A DNA stretch of 63,492 bases, filler included, from Octopus bimaculoides (GCF_001194135.2; 4 parts of 4 records of this genome joined end to end with filler, not necessarily neighbours in it), one strand, 5' to 3'; shown: positions 40,536 to 54,154, numbered from the whole stretch's first letter. A program made the numbers and translations. Notes: generated by a model not told the origin, from the letters alone.

Positions 40536-42605
40536 CCAACTCACTGTATTAGTATTTGCAAACACATGCAAATATTTACATGTGTTTGATGGGTAATCAT
40601 AGCCAGCAGTTGAATTTTGTTTAAAATTGCTTACAACGTCTCCGATTTTAAAGTCGCATATATTTTGATCGAGGCACACTGATGTAGTGAACGTGGTTAG
40701 ACGGTTTAATTAATGACCATGGTGTTTTGAGCTCCTGAACAGGATGGTGCATTTTGTCCTGGAGCAAAGCATTTCATTTCAAATTGCTCCAGTCTTGTCG
40801 GTCTGGTGCAACCTTCCTTCCATCCACCTATTATATCTTCGTTGTTTGAGTGCGAGGATTGAGTTGCTCGCGACTGTATTGATCTCTAAAACAATTAGAG
40901 AAAGCATGGTGCCCATTATCAAGCCACACTCGCTCGTGAGTGACGGCAGGCTGTACTAGACACCACTACACGTGTTAAATGAAAAGTGTGGGGGGGGGTT
41001 GAAACAAGAGTAAAGGAAATTTGAAATAATGAAGTCTGTAGTTAAAATGGCCGATCACATTATATTTGTATTAGTTTCCCAGCGAGGAGTGTACAACGAA
41101 ATTATGTACGACTAGTGTGTAACTCAGAATAAGAATCTGACATGTTACTACTGAGCAGAGTGAAAACTTCAGCTGAATAGAAACATAAATCTATATGACT
41201 TCCGATTGTGCTCTTATGCATTTCAGAAAAAGCACCAGACCGAAAGAAAAAAAATTACCCCTCCATAACCTTTAAATGTTATTTCTGTTTTCATTATTCA
41301 TGTAAAATGTGCGATAAAAAAAAAAAGAAAATATATTTAAGACCAATCCCTTCAACATGTTATGAGTGAATGATAATTTTGTTTCGAATGTTTCTTTTCA
41401 TGCAAATTGTGAAATGAATGATTTAACTGCCAGCCTGTTTAAATTCATGTGGATTACTGCACCCGAATAATTATCAAATTAATGCCTACAAAAAGCCAAA
41501 TAAATAAATATATGAATAGGTGTATGTGACAACAAATATACTCGTTCTTCGGTATTCCTAGATATTATTTCAGCAAGAGAAAAAGATGGCCAATGTACAA
41601 ATAATTGCAGTTTGATAAGCTGAACTACGTTTTAGACCATTGCAAACCATTTCATTTACAATTGTAGAGTTGTAGTCAATGATTAATAAATCGTAAAGGA
41701 ATGAGGAGTGTCTAAATTGATTTACTTATAAAAACAACCAATCTAATTAAAATATACAATGAAAAAAACCCAAGTGTAAAAGTGAGGACGGTTTATGTTT
41801 TTCCAGACAAACTTTAACTGTTAGATATTGTGTTTAGTATTTCCTCCACATTACATTAGCAATGCAAACTTCGAGTAAACCTCTAAAGTTCTTTTCTCCG
41901 GTTGCAATCATTTCACTTAAGAATCGCCAGTGATTTTAAGGAAGGAATGAGCTGGCCTTGCTTTAGAAGACAGCTTTCACTTAGAATTCGACACCAGTAT
42001 TTCTATTTTTCCCTGCCTGCAATTTCATTCTCTTTATTGTTGAATGTATCTCACATTGGTTTTTATTCACCCCGATCGACCTCCTATCCATTTCCTATCA
42101 ACCTATCAGTCAGCCACATGGCAGTCAAATTAATATCCCCTTCTTTTCTGTATTTAAATGTTTTCAAATATAAACCTCTGTTCTAATCATTTATATTCCA
42201 AACAGAAACACATTTTACAGCAATTATGGTTAGGTTATAGAATAAGGAATCTAATTATATAGTGTCTGAATAATGTTTCATTTTTCTTTTCTGTATTATA
42301 CTAAGCGCAAGTTCTCAGTCACCTTGCCTGAAGATAGAAATGTCCAAATTACATGTATGTAAACAACCACCTTTTCTTTCCTTCTCTCTGGCGTTATCCA
42401 TTGAATATACAGATATACATATGAAGCGGTCAGCTACTGTTCACTGCTATCTTTGTCACTGAATACGATAGTTGATATTCCAGGGATAAAGAGAGGAAGA
42501 AGGAAAAGACAGACAGCTTCGTGTTTTGCGATTGCTTTCTGTGATTTCGTCTGAAGCTTGGTGTCAATAATTCTGTTATATTTACTTCGCGAAACTGATC
42601 AAAGT

Positions 42606-42657
<52 letters not shown>

Positions 42658-43761
42658 TGTGTGTGTGTGTGTGTGTGTGCCAGTGTATATATGTTATACA
42701 TATATACATATATCTATATTGTGTGTACATACATATAAACAATTTTACTCGGACAACAGACTAATTCTGTGTTGCTCAATATGACGTAAAGGAATATATT
42801 TTCATGTAAACTGAACTTGGCACCGGTGCAATAATTTCAATCCCGACTGAGACATTGTTAAACAGTGGCTGTAGCTAGAATAAAATACATGGTGAGTACA
42901 CTAAGGCAGTGTTATGAGTTTGAAAGACTGAATTTGTTTTACTTTATTTTACGAATCAGAACATTAAGCATCGTCTTACATCCATCTAGTTACGTTCTTT
43001 TAGTCAGCAAACAGCATTTTCTTTTTATTTGTTCAAAAATGTGATATTAGATATTAATTTAATTCATTAATTATTAAGTTACAATTAATATTGATTCCTG
43101 AAATAGACTTCAAGCCATAGCTGAATAGAATTAATGTATTTCTCTAGAAGATATTAGAAAGCCTTATACCCTACAGCGAACATTAACCATCTTCCACTTT
43201 ATGGCTTCTTGCCTATTTTATATATTTCTGTATATTAGAATAATCTTATTTACAGTATCGTTTATCAATTTATCTCTATACCTCACTCTGCTGTAGATAA
43301 TGATTTCTAACTTATAAAGAAGATCTGAAATTTGCTACACGAACGATCCTATTATAGCGACTGGCGTGGAGAACTGTAAGGAGGTTGTCGTGTAATATAG
43401 TTAGATAAAGGCCATGAACAACACACTCGGTTCTTACATCAGTTTGTAGCATTTCAATAATTTCACGCAATTAAATATATGTGTGTATGCTTGTGTGTGA
43501 GTGTGTGTGTGGACAGAGAGAGAGATACAAGGAGTTTCCGCCAACTGACGTAATATAATAGGTTTTTTTATGAAAACTTATGAATTACAACTGAAAAATG
43601 TGGTGTTGAGACTGCCTATCAAAGGCAACTGGAAGTGGTTTCTCCTTGAGCGGGTGGATATAGATTAAAATAAAAAAATGAAAAAGCAAAACATTTGGCA
43701 TCATTCGAAGAACGTTTAATTTAGATACACACACACATACTCTCGTACACACACATATACA

Positions 43762-43815
<54 letters not shown>

Positions 43816-43879
43816 TACATATGTGTGTGTCTGTGTATGGTGGAGTTGTGTTTGTATGCTATGTGCGTTTATATGCATG

Positions 43880-44500
43880 AATGAAACAGCGTTCAGTGAC
43901 AAATGAATTGACCAAATGATTTTGGGTCAGACTTACTCTCGTAGATTGCTAGAGTCGTTCTTCATCAGGGGTTCAGAACTTCTGTTATAGAAGAAGGCCC
44001 AAGGTGAGTTCGACGGAGGAAACACTTAATATGGCGAATTTCCTTTGCTTCTTTTTGAGGAGGAAAACATTTAGGCACCTGCAAAGGAGGGTTCATATGG
44101 TATCTTTGAGCGACAGATCTCTGAGTATAGTGAAACTATAGATGCCTAGAGTGATGTGTAAGAATTTGGACATTGGTGGAAGAGTAAGCAAAGTTTGCAG
44201 CTTTTTTGAGTGACCAAAAAGTCATAAGGCTTACAGTTGATGTGTGCTGCATTTGAAGATATAATAAATGTGCGGAGAGAATGAAATGTGTGTGAGCTAT
44301 CGTGTCAGGTGGTTGTGCTTGGAGCATAAGAAGCGAATGATGGCTCGCAGAACCCGTTTTGAAGAATGTATGGGAGATATTCTGTAGAGCGACGCGACCT
44401 CATTGATTGATGAAACATTTAGTTTGAAACCGCTTGGAAAAACATTGAGGCATACTCAAGGAAACGGGAGAAACATTTGATAATCGAACTTGTTTCTATG
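43880..44500 (-). mobile_element. Degenerate Penelope-like fragment (N-terminal ORF remnant and terminal region)
   Basis: Broken frame reads CLNVFPSGFKLN...SKRVLRAIIRFLCSKHNHLTR...KKLQTLL, resembling the PLE N-terminal CxxxxxxPxGFKL helical region. It ends near a decayed CTGATGAAG at about 43960, followed by (TA)n. Confidence 0.45.
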
Positions 44501-44509
44501 TCAACGTTA

Positions 44510-44930
44510 CTATGAAAGCTTCTTTTTCAAGTTCTACAACTCTTCTTAGTTTAGTAATTCATTTAGTATCTTTCAAATCCCCTCTCACTTCAGCTTTCCT
44601 GTCTACCGCACCCTTGCGTTCGCCCGCTATTTCTCCACGTTTCATTTTTCTTTGCGTCTACCTTTCTCACCAAGTTTCTCTCTCCTACTACAACCTGTTT
44701 ACGTATAAAGCTCACGTTGCTTTGCGTTCTTCATCAGCTGCTGCTAGTTTCTCAGATGTAGAGGATTTTAAAACTCTGCTGTCTATTATTTCCCTTTTAT
44801 CAACTTTATCCAGAAGAGGTATTCTGTCCGAAGCGCTGATTTTCTATCCCAAGCCTCAGTAGTTTCACCGTACTGTTTCTGTCGATATTTCTAGAAGATA
44901 CAAGACTCCTTGGCTTACGTTTTATCCTAT
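44510..44930 (+). mobile_element. Penelope-like terminal fragment, head-to-head with 43880-44500
   Basis: Contains the decayed hammerhead ATC-CAGAAGA-GG..CC-GAAG-CGCT-GAT (44808-44840). Its tail (agtttcaccgtactgtttctgtcgatattt) resembles the tail of the 3845-4233 element. Confidence 0.45.
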
Positions 44931-45060
44931 ACACACATACATACATACATACAGTCACACACACACACATATCTATATATACACATATATGTGTATGCAT
45001 CTATATAGATAGAAAGATATATACATACATATATACATACATACACACCTACATACAGAC

Positions 45061-45098
<38 letters not shown>

Positions 45099-45469
45099 NN
45101 NNNNNNNNNNNNNNNNNNNNNNNNNNNNNNNNNNNNNNNNNNNNNNNNNNNNNNNNNNNNNNNNNNNNNNNNNNNNNNNNNNNNNNNNNNNNNNNNNNNN
45201 NNNNNNNNNNNNNNNNNNNNNNNNNNNNNNNNNNNNNNNNNNNNNNNNNNNNNNNNNNNNNNNNNNNNNNNNNNNNNNNNNNNNNNNNNNNNNNNNNNNN
45301 NNNNNNNNNNNNNNNNNNNNNNNNNNNNNNNNNNNNNNNNNNNNNNNNNNNNNNNNNNNNNNNNNNNNNNNNNNNNNNNNNNNNNNNNNNNNNNNNNNNN
45401 NNNNNNNNNNNNNNNNNNNNNNNNNNNNNNNNNNNNNNNNNNNNNNNNNNNNNNNNNNNNNNNNNNNNN

Positions 45470-45505
<36 letters not shown>

Positions 45506-46289
45506 AAGGGTGTAAAAACATTGAGAAGAATACCAACAAGCGAAGTCCCCTGCGATATTCGTTCTACGAAGCCACAAACTGTCCCTTGTAATTCTCACTA
45601 GGTCAGTTGGAAATCTGCAATCAACGACGCCATTGTTCACCAATTACTTTATAAAAAAAACTAAATATATAAACAAATATATTGTAAAATGAGGTAGAAT
45701 CAGATAAAAGTTTGCAAACAAACCAAATTTTCACCATGTTGAAACTGTGCTGTTCCAATTTTGATAATTATTATTTGTAATCAGAATCGCTAAATAAACT
45801 GCGCAGGATACATTTGTTTCCGTTTTACTTATTTATTTATGCACCTGCTTCTTCATCAGAAACTACTTCTTGACTCTATACTGGCCATTTTGAGATGAAG
45901 GAATACAATCGCCATATTGTTTGTACATAAGACGCAAGTAATATGATGTCAGTTCTAAAGCATACGAGAGAAACTGTTCTTGGATGTTCTTGAACATTGA
46001 CAATGCCAACCATTATTCAAGGTTCGTTGATAAAAATTAACACGGTGGCTTCTCTTGATAGATATTTTTATGTTTCAGTATCGAATGATCAAATTTCGGT
46101 GTGGTAACATTCTTCAGTTTAATTAAGTTTAGTCGTTGAAAAATAAACGATGCGATACAGTGCCGTATAAAATGTATTCAATATTTATTTAGTTTCGGAT
46201 TTCTTTGTTACGAGTTAAGATCTTGTCATTTGCTGCTGTGTTCGCCGCTCATTTATACGTCAACTACAGAAAACTTCATGCTGAACTGA

Positions 46290-46790
46290 ATGTATTCTAT
46301 ATTTTATTATTTTGTCTATTATATATTTGGGAACATCAAGATCAATACTGTTAGAGCTGGACATGCGACCGTGTTCAAAAGTGAATATAGAACAATTGTA
46401 TTTCTATATTTCGCGAGTAATGAACCATTCTTCAGGACACGTGGAAAAACGAGAGATGGAATAAGTCGCTACTCAGATGTGTCGAACAGCATAGTGACAC
46501 GCGCCAGTCTACTTCGTGTAGCTCGGTTTTGTTGTTTAGAGCTTGCCTCAGCTTAGTAATATATCCCCATTATTAACAAGCTGAAACAGCAAAGAGCTTT
46601 CATCATGAAGGAGACTGGCTGTTGCAACAAAACCAGTCTCCTCATGTTATTGACCACTTCCACATATCTGAACAACGACATTCTATCTCTTACTTCTCCA
46701 CGTATCCTGAGGAAATATCGAACTACAAGCTAAAACTTCAACTGTTATTCTGTTTTCACTTTTATACTTCATTTCGCATTCTACACTTTT
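46290..46790. mobile_element. Head-to-head pair of related Penelope-like terminal fragments
   Basis: Minus arm cacatctgagtagcgacttattccatctctcgtttttccacgtgtcctgaaga aligns with plus arm cacatatctgaacaacgacattctatctcttacttctccacgtatcctgagga. The arms diverge from about 46555. Confidence 0.4.
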
Positions 46791-47046
46791 GTATTTCATT
46801 TCGCATTGTTCGGTCTCACCAAAAAGGGTTATAAATTTATCTATCTTTGTATGCTGTTTTAGCAACATCATGTTGCATTGGAAGACAGTACCATAGTGAT
46901 TTTCACAGGATTTGCTGATCTCAAGCATATCTTCCAGAGAGTCGTGATACAGTCTTTATATTCCGACATTGATGGATTATGAACTTCAACGTCTCTATCG
47001 TTTATTAAATATCTCATAGCTATTTACTTCACTTCATTTGCACTGG

Positions 47047-47079
<33 letters not shown>

Positions 47080-48134
47080 NNNNNNNNNNNNNNNNNNNNN
47101 NNNNNNNNNNNNNNNNNNNNNNNNNNNNNNNNNNNNNNNNNNNNNNNNNNNNNNNNNNNNNNNNNNNNNNNNNNNNNNNNNNNNNNNNNNNNNNNNNNNN
47201 NNNNNNNNNNNNNNNNNNNNNNNNNNNNNNNNNNNNNNNNNNNNNNNNNNNNNNNNNNNNNNNNNNNNNNNNNNNNNNNNNNNNNNNNNNNNNNNNNNNN
47301 NNNNNNNNNNNNNNNNNNNNNNNNNNNNNNNNNNNNNNNNNNNNNNNNNNNNNNNNNNNNNNNNNNNNNNNNNNNNNNNNNNNNNNNNNNNNNNNNNNNN
47401 NNNNNNNNNNNNNNNNNNNNNNNNNNNNNNNNNNNNNNNNNNNNNNNNNNNNNNNNNNNNNNNNNNNNNNNNNNNNNNNNNNNNNNNNNNNNNNNNNNNN
47501 NNNNNNNNNNNNNNNNNNNNNNNNNNNNNNNNNNNNNNNNNNNNNNNNNNNNNNNNNNNNNNNNNNNNNNNNNNNNNNNNNNNNNNNNNNNNNNNNNNNN
47601 NNNNNNNNNNNNNNNNNNNNNNNNNNNNNNNNNNNNNNNNNNNNNNNNNNNNNNATATATATATATATATATATATATGAATGCATGTATCCATAATTGT
47701 ATGTATGAATTCAATCTTTCTATTAACACTGTTTGCATATTAAATGTTTACTTCCAGTGGTGTGTTATTTTATGTCAGTCATCGAGGTTATTAAATTATC
47801 GTAAATCTTCATTGTATAATTTATCTTCTGTGTATTTTATACCTTTCTGACACTCACTTGGTATATGATCTGCTCGCTTTTATATTTGTATTCTTCTCTT
47901 TCAACAACATGCTATTAGCTAATACATGCATTCACAGACATAAGAGAGCTTATATAGAATGTTTGCGTACACATACATACACACACACACATAAATACAT
48001 ATTTATATATATATGTGTGTGTGTATTTGTGTATGTATGTATATAAACATACATATACATGTAAATATATATATATATATATGTTAGGGGTGTTTATAAA
48101 CATGCATGCCCACACTCACACGCACACACAAACA

Positions 48135-48175
<41 letters not shown>

Positions 48176-48311
48176 AATTGCGAGTTTAATAATGCTGCAT
48201 TAGTAAGTATCAAATTTAAGAGGGCACTAATAGTACGAAATGCACGATTTTCAATTCTTTTGGCGCCATTCGACTTAAATTTCTATTAGTGTGTGTGTGT
48301 GTGTATGTGTG

Positions 48312-48343
<32 letters not shown>

Positions 48344-48659
48344 TTTTCGCATTTGTTTATTATTTCTATATTACTGTATAGTTATCAAATATAATGACCT
48401 AAGAAAAGTATAATTTGGCTTTTAAGTCCTCTGGGATGGATAAAGTTAAGTAACCTTCAATTAATGGTGTCAAAACAATTGATTATATTCCCCCCATAAA
48501 TCGCTGGCCTTGTGCTTAATGTGTGTGTCTATATATATGTATATATGTCTGTGTGTGTGTATGAGTGTGTATATATATTTCTGTGTGTGTATACACATGT
48601 GAATGCGTATGTGTGTGCTTCTATCTGTATGTCTATATCTATGTATTATTTACATAAGT

Positions 48660-48962
48660 GTGAAGGCGCGTGGCTTAGTGGTTAGAGTATTCGACTCAGG
48701 ATTGTACGGTCGTGATTTTAATTCCCGGTGACGCGTTGTATCCTTGAGCAAGACACTTTATTTCACGTTGCTCCAGTCCACTCAGCTGGCAAAAATGAGT
48801 TGTACCTGTATTTCAAATACCAGCCTTTTCACACTCTGTGTCACTCTGAATCTTCCTGAGAAATACGTTAGCGGTATTCGTGTTTGTGGATCGCTCAGCC
48901 ACTTGCACGTTAGTTCCACGAGCAAGCTATTCCGTTGACCGTATCAGCTGGGACACTCATCG
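48660..48962 (+). mobile_element. tRNA-derived SINE, family C
   Basis: gtgaaggcgcgtggcttagtggttag (box A), ccttgagcaagacac, ttgctccagtccactcagctgg; homologous to 34955 and 62321. Confidence 0.85.
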
Positions 48963-48989
48963 TTTATATATGTAATGCAAAGTGCTCCT

Positions 48990-49259
48990 ATTTATATATG
49001 TAATGCAAAGACAGTATATTCTTAAAGGAACAACGCAGATAAGACAAACTTTGGAAAGGTGATATTAGCTAAAACGCTTCAACGAAAAAAGTGACCTAAT
49101 GTTTCGGACATTAGTCCTTCATCAGAAAAAAGTAAAGGGAGAATGAAAACGAGAAATAGTGATTAGTTAATCACTAATCCTAGAATCTCTTTTGTCGACA
49201 ATATCTCATATATTATCTATCATTTTGATACGGTCGAGATTAAAAGAACATCTAGTCGC
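48990..49259 (-). mobile_element. Penelope-like terminal fragment
   Basis: C/T-rich leader, hammerhead core at 49098-49125, and a tail ending in a TA-rich sequence. Confidence 0.45.
49098..49125 (-). ncRNA. Degenerate hammerhead-like core
   Basis: CUGAUGA-A-GGAC(UAAU)GUCC-GAAAC-AUU. Stem II is intact; stems III and I are decayed. Confidence 0.5.
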
Positions 49260-50175
49260 AGCGAACCTACAATGCAATTATGTAACCTGAAGATGTAGAA
49301 AGAGAGAGAGAGAAAGAGATGTGGTGGAGATATAAGAATAATTGTTGTCATTAAAGAGTCTATAGTGACTCTTAACAGTCTTATGGCCAGATAAAATGTT
49401 CTGGGAGGTCTCAAGAACTCAATATGTTCAATCGCCGTGACGAGTGAAGAAGCTAACATTCATTTCTTATTCACGTAAGAGTGAGAGAAAGTTGGGGCAA
49501 AAGAGCACAAAAGGGGTCACCACTACTCCCTGTCGGAGCCTCGGTGTTTTCGCTCAATAAACACTCACAACGCCCGGCCTGGGAATCGAAACCGTGATCC
49601 TCCGAACGCGAGTCTGTTGCCCTAACAACTGGGCCAATTTTTAGAGAGGTGTGTACTAGACTATAGCGTTCCAAGTACTTTATTGGTACTTATTTGACTG
49701 ATTCTGGAAGTATGAAAGGCAAAGATGAACCATAACCGTATTTGAAATCAGTACATACATAGGAGAGGCGTATCTATATACCGCTAGAGCCTTTTTTGTG
49801 CTTTAAATATGCTGTAGTTTGTATACGTACGTATATATGTGATTGTGCGTGTATGAATCACATCAAAAGGTTGTACATCATCAGCTTCCTTACCACCACT
49901 GTCAAGTCACACATACACCATTTCACAGATGTGTGAAGAATATCTCCGTGTCAACTAAGTGCATTTTAGAGGCCTTTTGTGTTCTCAAATTATTCAATCT
50001 CTTCAGCGTCTCGCAGAATTTTGTCACGTCTGCCTCGCTGACAGCAGACCAGAGTAAAAATTTCAAAGAATTTGATCCATAGGTGTGTATGTGTGTATGC
50101 GTTTTTTTTTTTTACCGCTGTAAGTATATATAGAACTATGTATGTATGTGTGTATATATATATATATGTATATAC

Positions 50176-50177
<2 letters not shown>

Positions 50178-50246
<69 letters not shown>
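50178..50246. repeat. (GATA)n microsatellite
   Basis: Directly visible. Confidence 0.95.
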
Positions 50247-50247
<1 letters not shown>

Positions 50248-50605
50248 TTGTATGTGTACACATGTGCTGTGTAAAGGAATCTGTGTACGTGACTATGCTT
50301 GTATTTGTCATACACATTCAAATACTCACATACATCCACGCGTGGACAAATACATAAATATGCGAGTGAGTATGAAAGTGTGCGTATGTGAGTACGCGTG
50401 TGTTAAAATGTCATTAATCCTATCAACTGATATGATAGATTAATTCAATTAAAATAAAATCCTACAAAAATAAAAGCTTTATAGAAGTGTTTACTACTGA
50501 ATGTGACAACTCTGTTGTTGAAATTTAAGACACCGTCTATATTTAAATTGTGGAGTGAAAAACTCGGCATTTCACCGTTTTCAGCCATAAGTTTCCATCG
50601 GTTTT

Positions 50606-50876
50606 CGATTACAAACTTATTCTTTTCTACTCTAGGCACAAGGCTCAAAATTTGGCGGGAGGGGGCCAGACGATTAGATCGACCACAGTACGCACGTGGT
50701 ACTTAATTTATCGACCCCGAAAGGATGAAAGGCAAAGTCGACTTCAGCGGAGTTTGGGGATGAGTCGATTACATCATTCTCAATGTTCAACTGGTACTTA
50801 TTTTATCGATCCGGAAAGCATGAAAGGCATAGTTGACCTCGGCGGCATTTGAACTCAAAACGTAGCAATGGCGAAA
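50606..50876 (-). mobile_element. Two adjacent partial SINE family B copies
   Basis: gtacttaatttatcgacccc...gaaaggc...gtcgac motif occurs twice. Confidence 0.75.
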
Positions 50877-50880
50877 AAAC

Positions 50881-50937
<57 letters not shown>

Positions 50938-51596
50938 TAATAATAATAATAAACAGTTTCTGTCACTTCCAGGCCGTTGCTTATCAATCGTTCATGTCAT
51001 TATATACGATGTCCAAGATGTGGTGTTTTGTATGCAAATATGCATGAAGTGCAAGTATTTATTTTGCAGATGTGTCATGTGTGGAAATGTTCAAGAAAAC
51101 ACAAATATAATCAACAAAAAACTTAGTTTCACTCATTATGGATTGCAGAGTCATTAATTCAGGACATATCGTTATTAAAGAAGAAGCCAGCTTATTAATT
51201 ACTAACGTATTTATCTCGTCTCTTTCTTCTTCTGTTTTTTCCCTGCACTTCAGAAGGGAAAGGGAGGGAGGAAGGGGAGGGAGAGAGAATAGTGACGATT
51301 GTAAGAACGAAACTGGAGAGAGATTATTTCTTGCGTGAAATTTATTTATTTATTCATTCTATTGTAAAGAAGAGAGTCTGAAATGAAGGAGCGAACCTAC
51401 AATGCAATTATGTAACCTGAAGATGTAGAAAGAGAGAGAGAGAAAGAGATGTGGTGGAGATATAAGAATAATTGTTGTCATTAAAGAGTCTATAGTGACC
51501 CTTAACAGTCTTATGGCCAGATAAAATGTTCTGGGAGGTCTCAAGAACTCAATATGTTCAATCGCCGTGACGAGTGAAGAAGCTAACATTCATTTT

Positions 51597-51778
51597 TTAT
51601 TCACGTAAGAGTGAGAGAAAGTTGGGGCAAAAGAGCACAAAAGGGGTCACCACTACTCCCTGTCGGAGCCTCGGTGTTTTCGCTCAATAAACACTCACAA
51701 CGCCCGGTCTGGGAATCGAAACCGTGATCCTCCGAACGCGAGTCTGTTGCCCTAACAACTGGGCCAATGCGCCTCCAC
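51597..51778 (-). mobile_element. tRNA-derived SINE, family D
   Basis: gtggaggcgcattggcccagttgttagggc...ggtttcgattccc (box A/B). A 5'-truncated near-identical copy lies at 49466-49638. Confidence 0.8.
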
Positions 51779-53257
51779 CGGTTTATTGTTAATAATTAAT
51801 GTTTATTAGACTAACGTACTTCATATGTAGAGTTCAAACATTCTAAAAAAAATAAAAATCTACATCTACAATAGTTTCCGACTGGTTTGATCTTCGATCG
51901 TTAATATATGTCGTTTTTTTTTCTTTCTGGATACATGCCCAGTTCCAGATAGGTAGGAATCGAACAAGGGACTTTTATTTACAAACTAGGGAAAGTAACG
52001 CTTTTATTACCCCAGCTGCTGTCGCATTTGTCAAAAGGAATTATCCTAAAACAAATGGCGATGTTTTGTAAATTCTCGCCTTTATATACAGACTACGACA
52101 AGGATGAAAAATAAACAGTTTCGTTTAACAGTGGAATTCAATCTACACCGTGTTTAGATGTATGTCATGAAAAACGGCATGGTTCCAATCTTCTGTAATA
52201 ATCTACAGAAGCTAAAAGATTTCGCAGTAATAAGCTCGGTTGGCAGCCTTTCATATTTATATTTATTGGTTGTCATATTGTGCGACAAGAACTTCATAGC
52301 GGATCAAGCCTTATTATGAGACCATCTCGGTGTTGTGTGTGTGGGGGACAATTCCCCTAACCAACCACCCACACCCTTTCCTGCGAGTAAAGAGAAGAAA
52401 CATTCTTGCAAACCGTGACGTGTTTGAAGTAAGTTTATAATTGACACCAACCACAGGAGAGAGTCTCTATATGGTCACCCGATCTGCTAGAAATAGCAGT
52501 CAATTCTCTCACAAATTATACTCTACCTTCGTAAAAATAACTGGACTCATCGGATGGGTACATAGTAATCATAGATGCATAGCGGATAATGCAGTCCTAG
52601 ATGCATTCACCGCTGATATACACAGACACGTTAGTAGTGTTGAGAAGTTCGTTAACTTACTACAGGATTCCAGGTTCTATCCCATTGCACGGAAGCATGA
52701 ACTGGTGTCTTCGCACCGCGGGCAAATGTTCTTCTGCGATAGCTTCAATGAAATTGAGATTTGCACTTGGAAATTGCCAAAAGTTACTTGGTATTGAAAT
52801 TTGGACTTTGGAAATCTCAATAGAAGCATGGGTGTGAATGGATAGAATATGCATGTATTTGAGATGAGATGTATGTGACTGTCAAGATGAATGTCTTTCT
52901 ACTCGATTTATGACGAATGTCCTCGTGGTGGGAGGGGCACGAGAGAGAGAGAAAGAGAGAGAGAGAAAGAGAGAGAGAGCGTCTGCGTGTGCGAGTGTGT
53001 GTGTGTGTGTGTAATATACACGGGAGGTGTATCTGTTTGTGAAGGTACGTATATAAATATTGTTATGAAGGAGTATGTATTTTCTTTCGTCTTTTACTTG
53101 ATTCAGTCATTGGACAACGACCATGTTGGGGAACCATCTTGAAGAATTCTTAGTCAAGTGAATCGACCACAGTTTTTATATATATATATATATATNNNNN
53201 NNNNNNNNNNNNNNNNNNNNNNNNNNNNNNNNNNNNNNNNNNNNNNNNNNNNNNNNN

Positions 53258-53424
53258 TATATACGGGCTTCTTTCAGTTTCCGTCTATCAAATCCACTCA
53301 GAAGGTTTTGGTCGACTCGAGGCTATTGCAGAAAACACTTGTCCAAGGTGTTATGTTGTGGGACTGAACTCAGAACCATGTGGTTGGGAAGCAATCTTCA
53401 TACCACATACTCACGCCTGAGCCT
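53258..53424 (-). mobile_element. SINE family A head
   Basis: Matches the family A head. Confidence 0.8.
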
Positions 53425-54035
53425 GTGTTCTTGACCTAATTAATATAAAGTGCGTATTTCATAATATAAGCTAAATCAGATTCTGTACTCAACAGACACC
53501 CGTCCTGTAGTCTAGGTTCGGCTAATGTAACGAATATAAAATGTATTATTCTCAAGTTACAGGAAGAGCATTAACAAATCTGAAGTGTCATAGATTTATT
53601 TTGTTGAATTCTAACCTGAGGGGCGCCAGAGAATTAAGCGGAAATTCTATGACTAACTTAAAAGACATGTATTGAAACATTAACATTAAACGTCTTATTA
53701 AGGAATTATGGCGCATTGGACGAAGGAAATTACGCTCTGTTATGTTCATGATTTTCCATAGGACAATTTTTCTACAAATGATTTGAACTAGCTTCAGCAG
53801 GAATTGATATCCACTTTTCATTTCGGTCCGGAATAAAGGATGGAAGCTTACAATCTTGCTACTTTCAAGAAGAATATTAACTTATCTTTCGAATAGAAAT
53901 TTGAATGTTTGCCTGCGAGAACATTCTACTATTATTACTCGTATATGTTTTCGAGCCAATACACACATGCATACGTATGTACATACATATATCTGTGCAT
54001 GTGTGTGTGTCTGTTTGTGCGGGTGTGTGTGTTTA

Positions 54036-54154
<119 letters not shown>

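Larger units (their letters stand above)
49260..51768. repeat. 379-bp direct duplication (49260-49638 and 51390-51768)
   Basis: Three mismatches counted by eye; offset 2130 bp. Confidence 0.95.

Noticed and set aside
48660-48740. tRNA-like box A/B sequences at SINE heads
   Set aside because: They do not form complete cloverleaves and continue into SINE bodies, so they are not tRNA genes.
49085-49133. AAAAAAGT direct repeat flanking the hammerhead core like a TSD
   Set aside because: Low-complexity A-run; probably coincidental.
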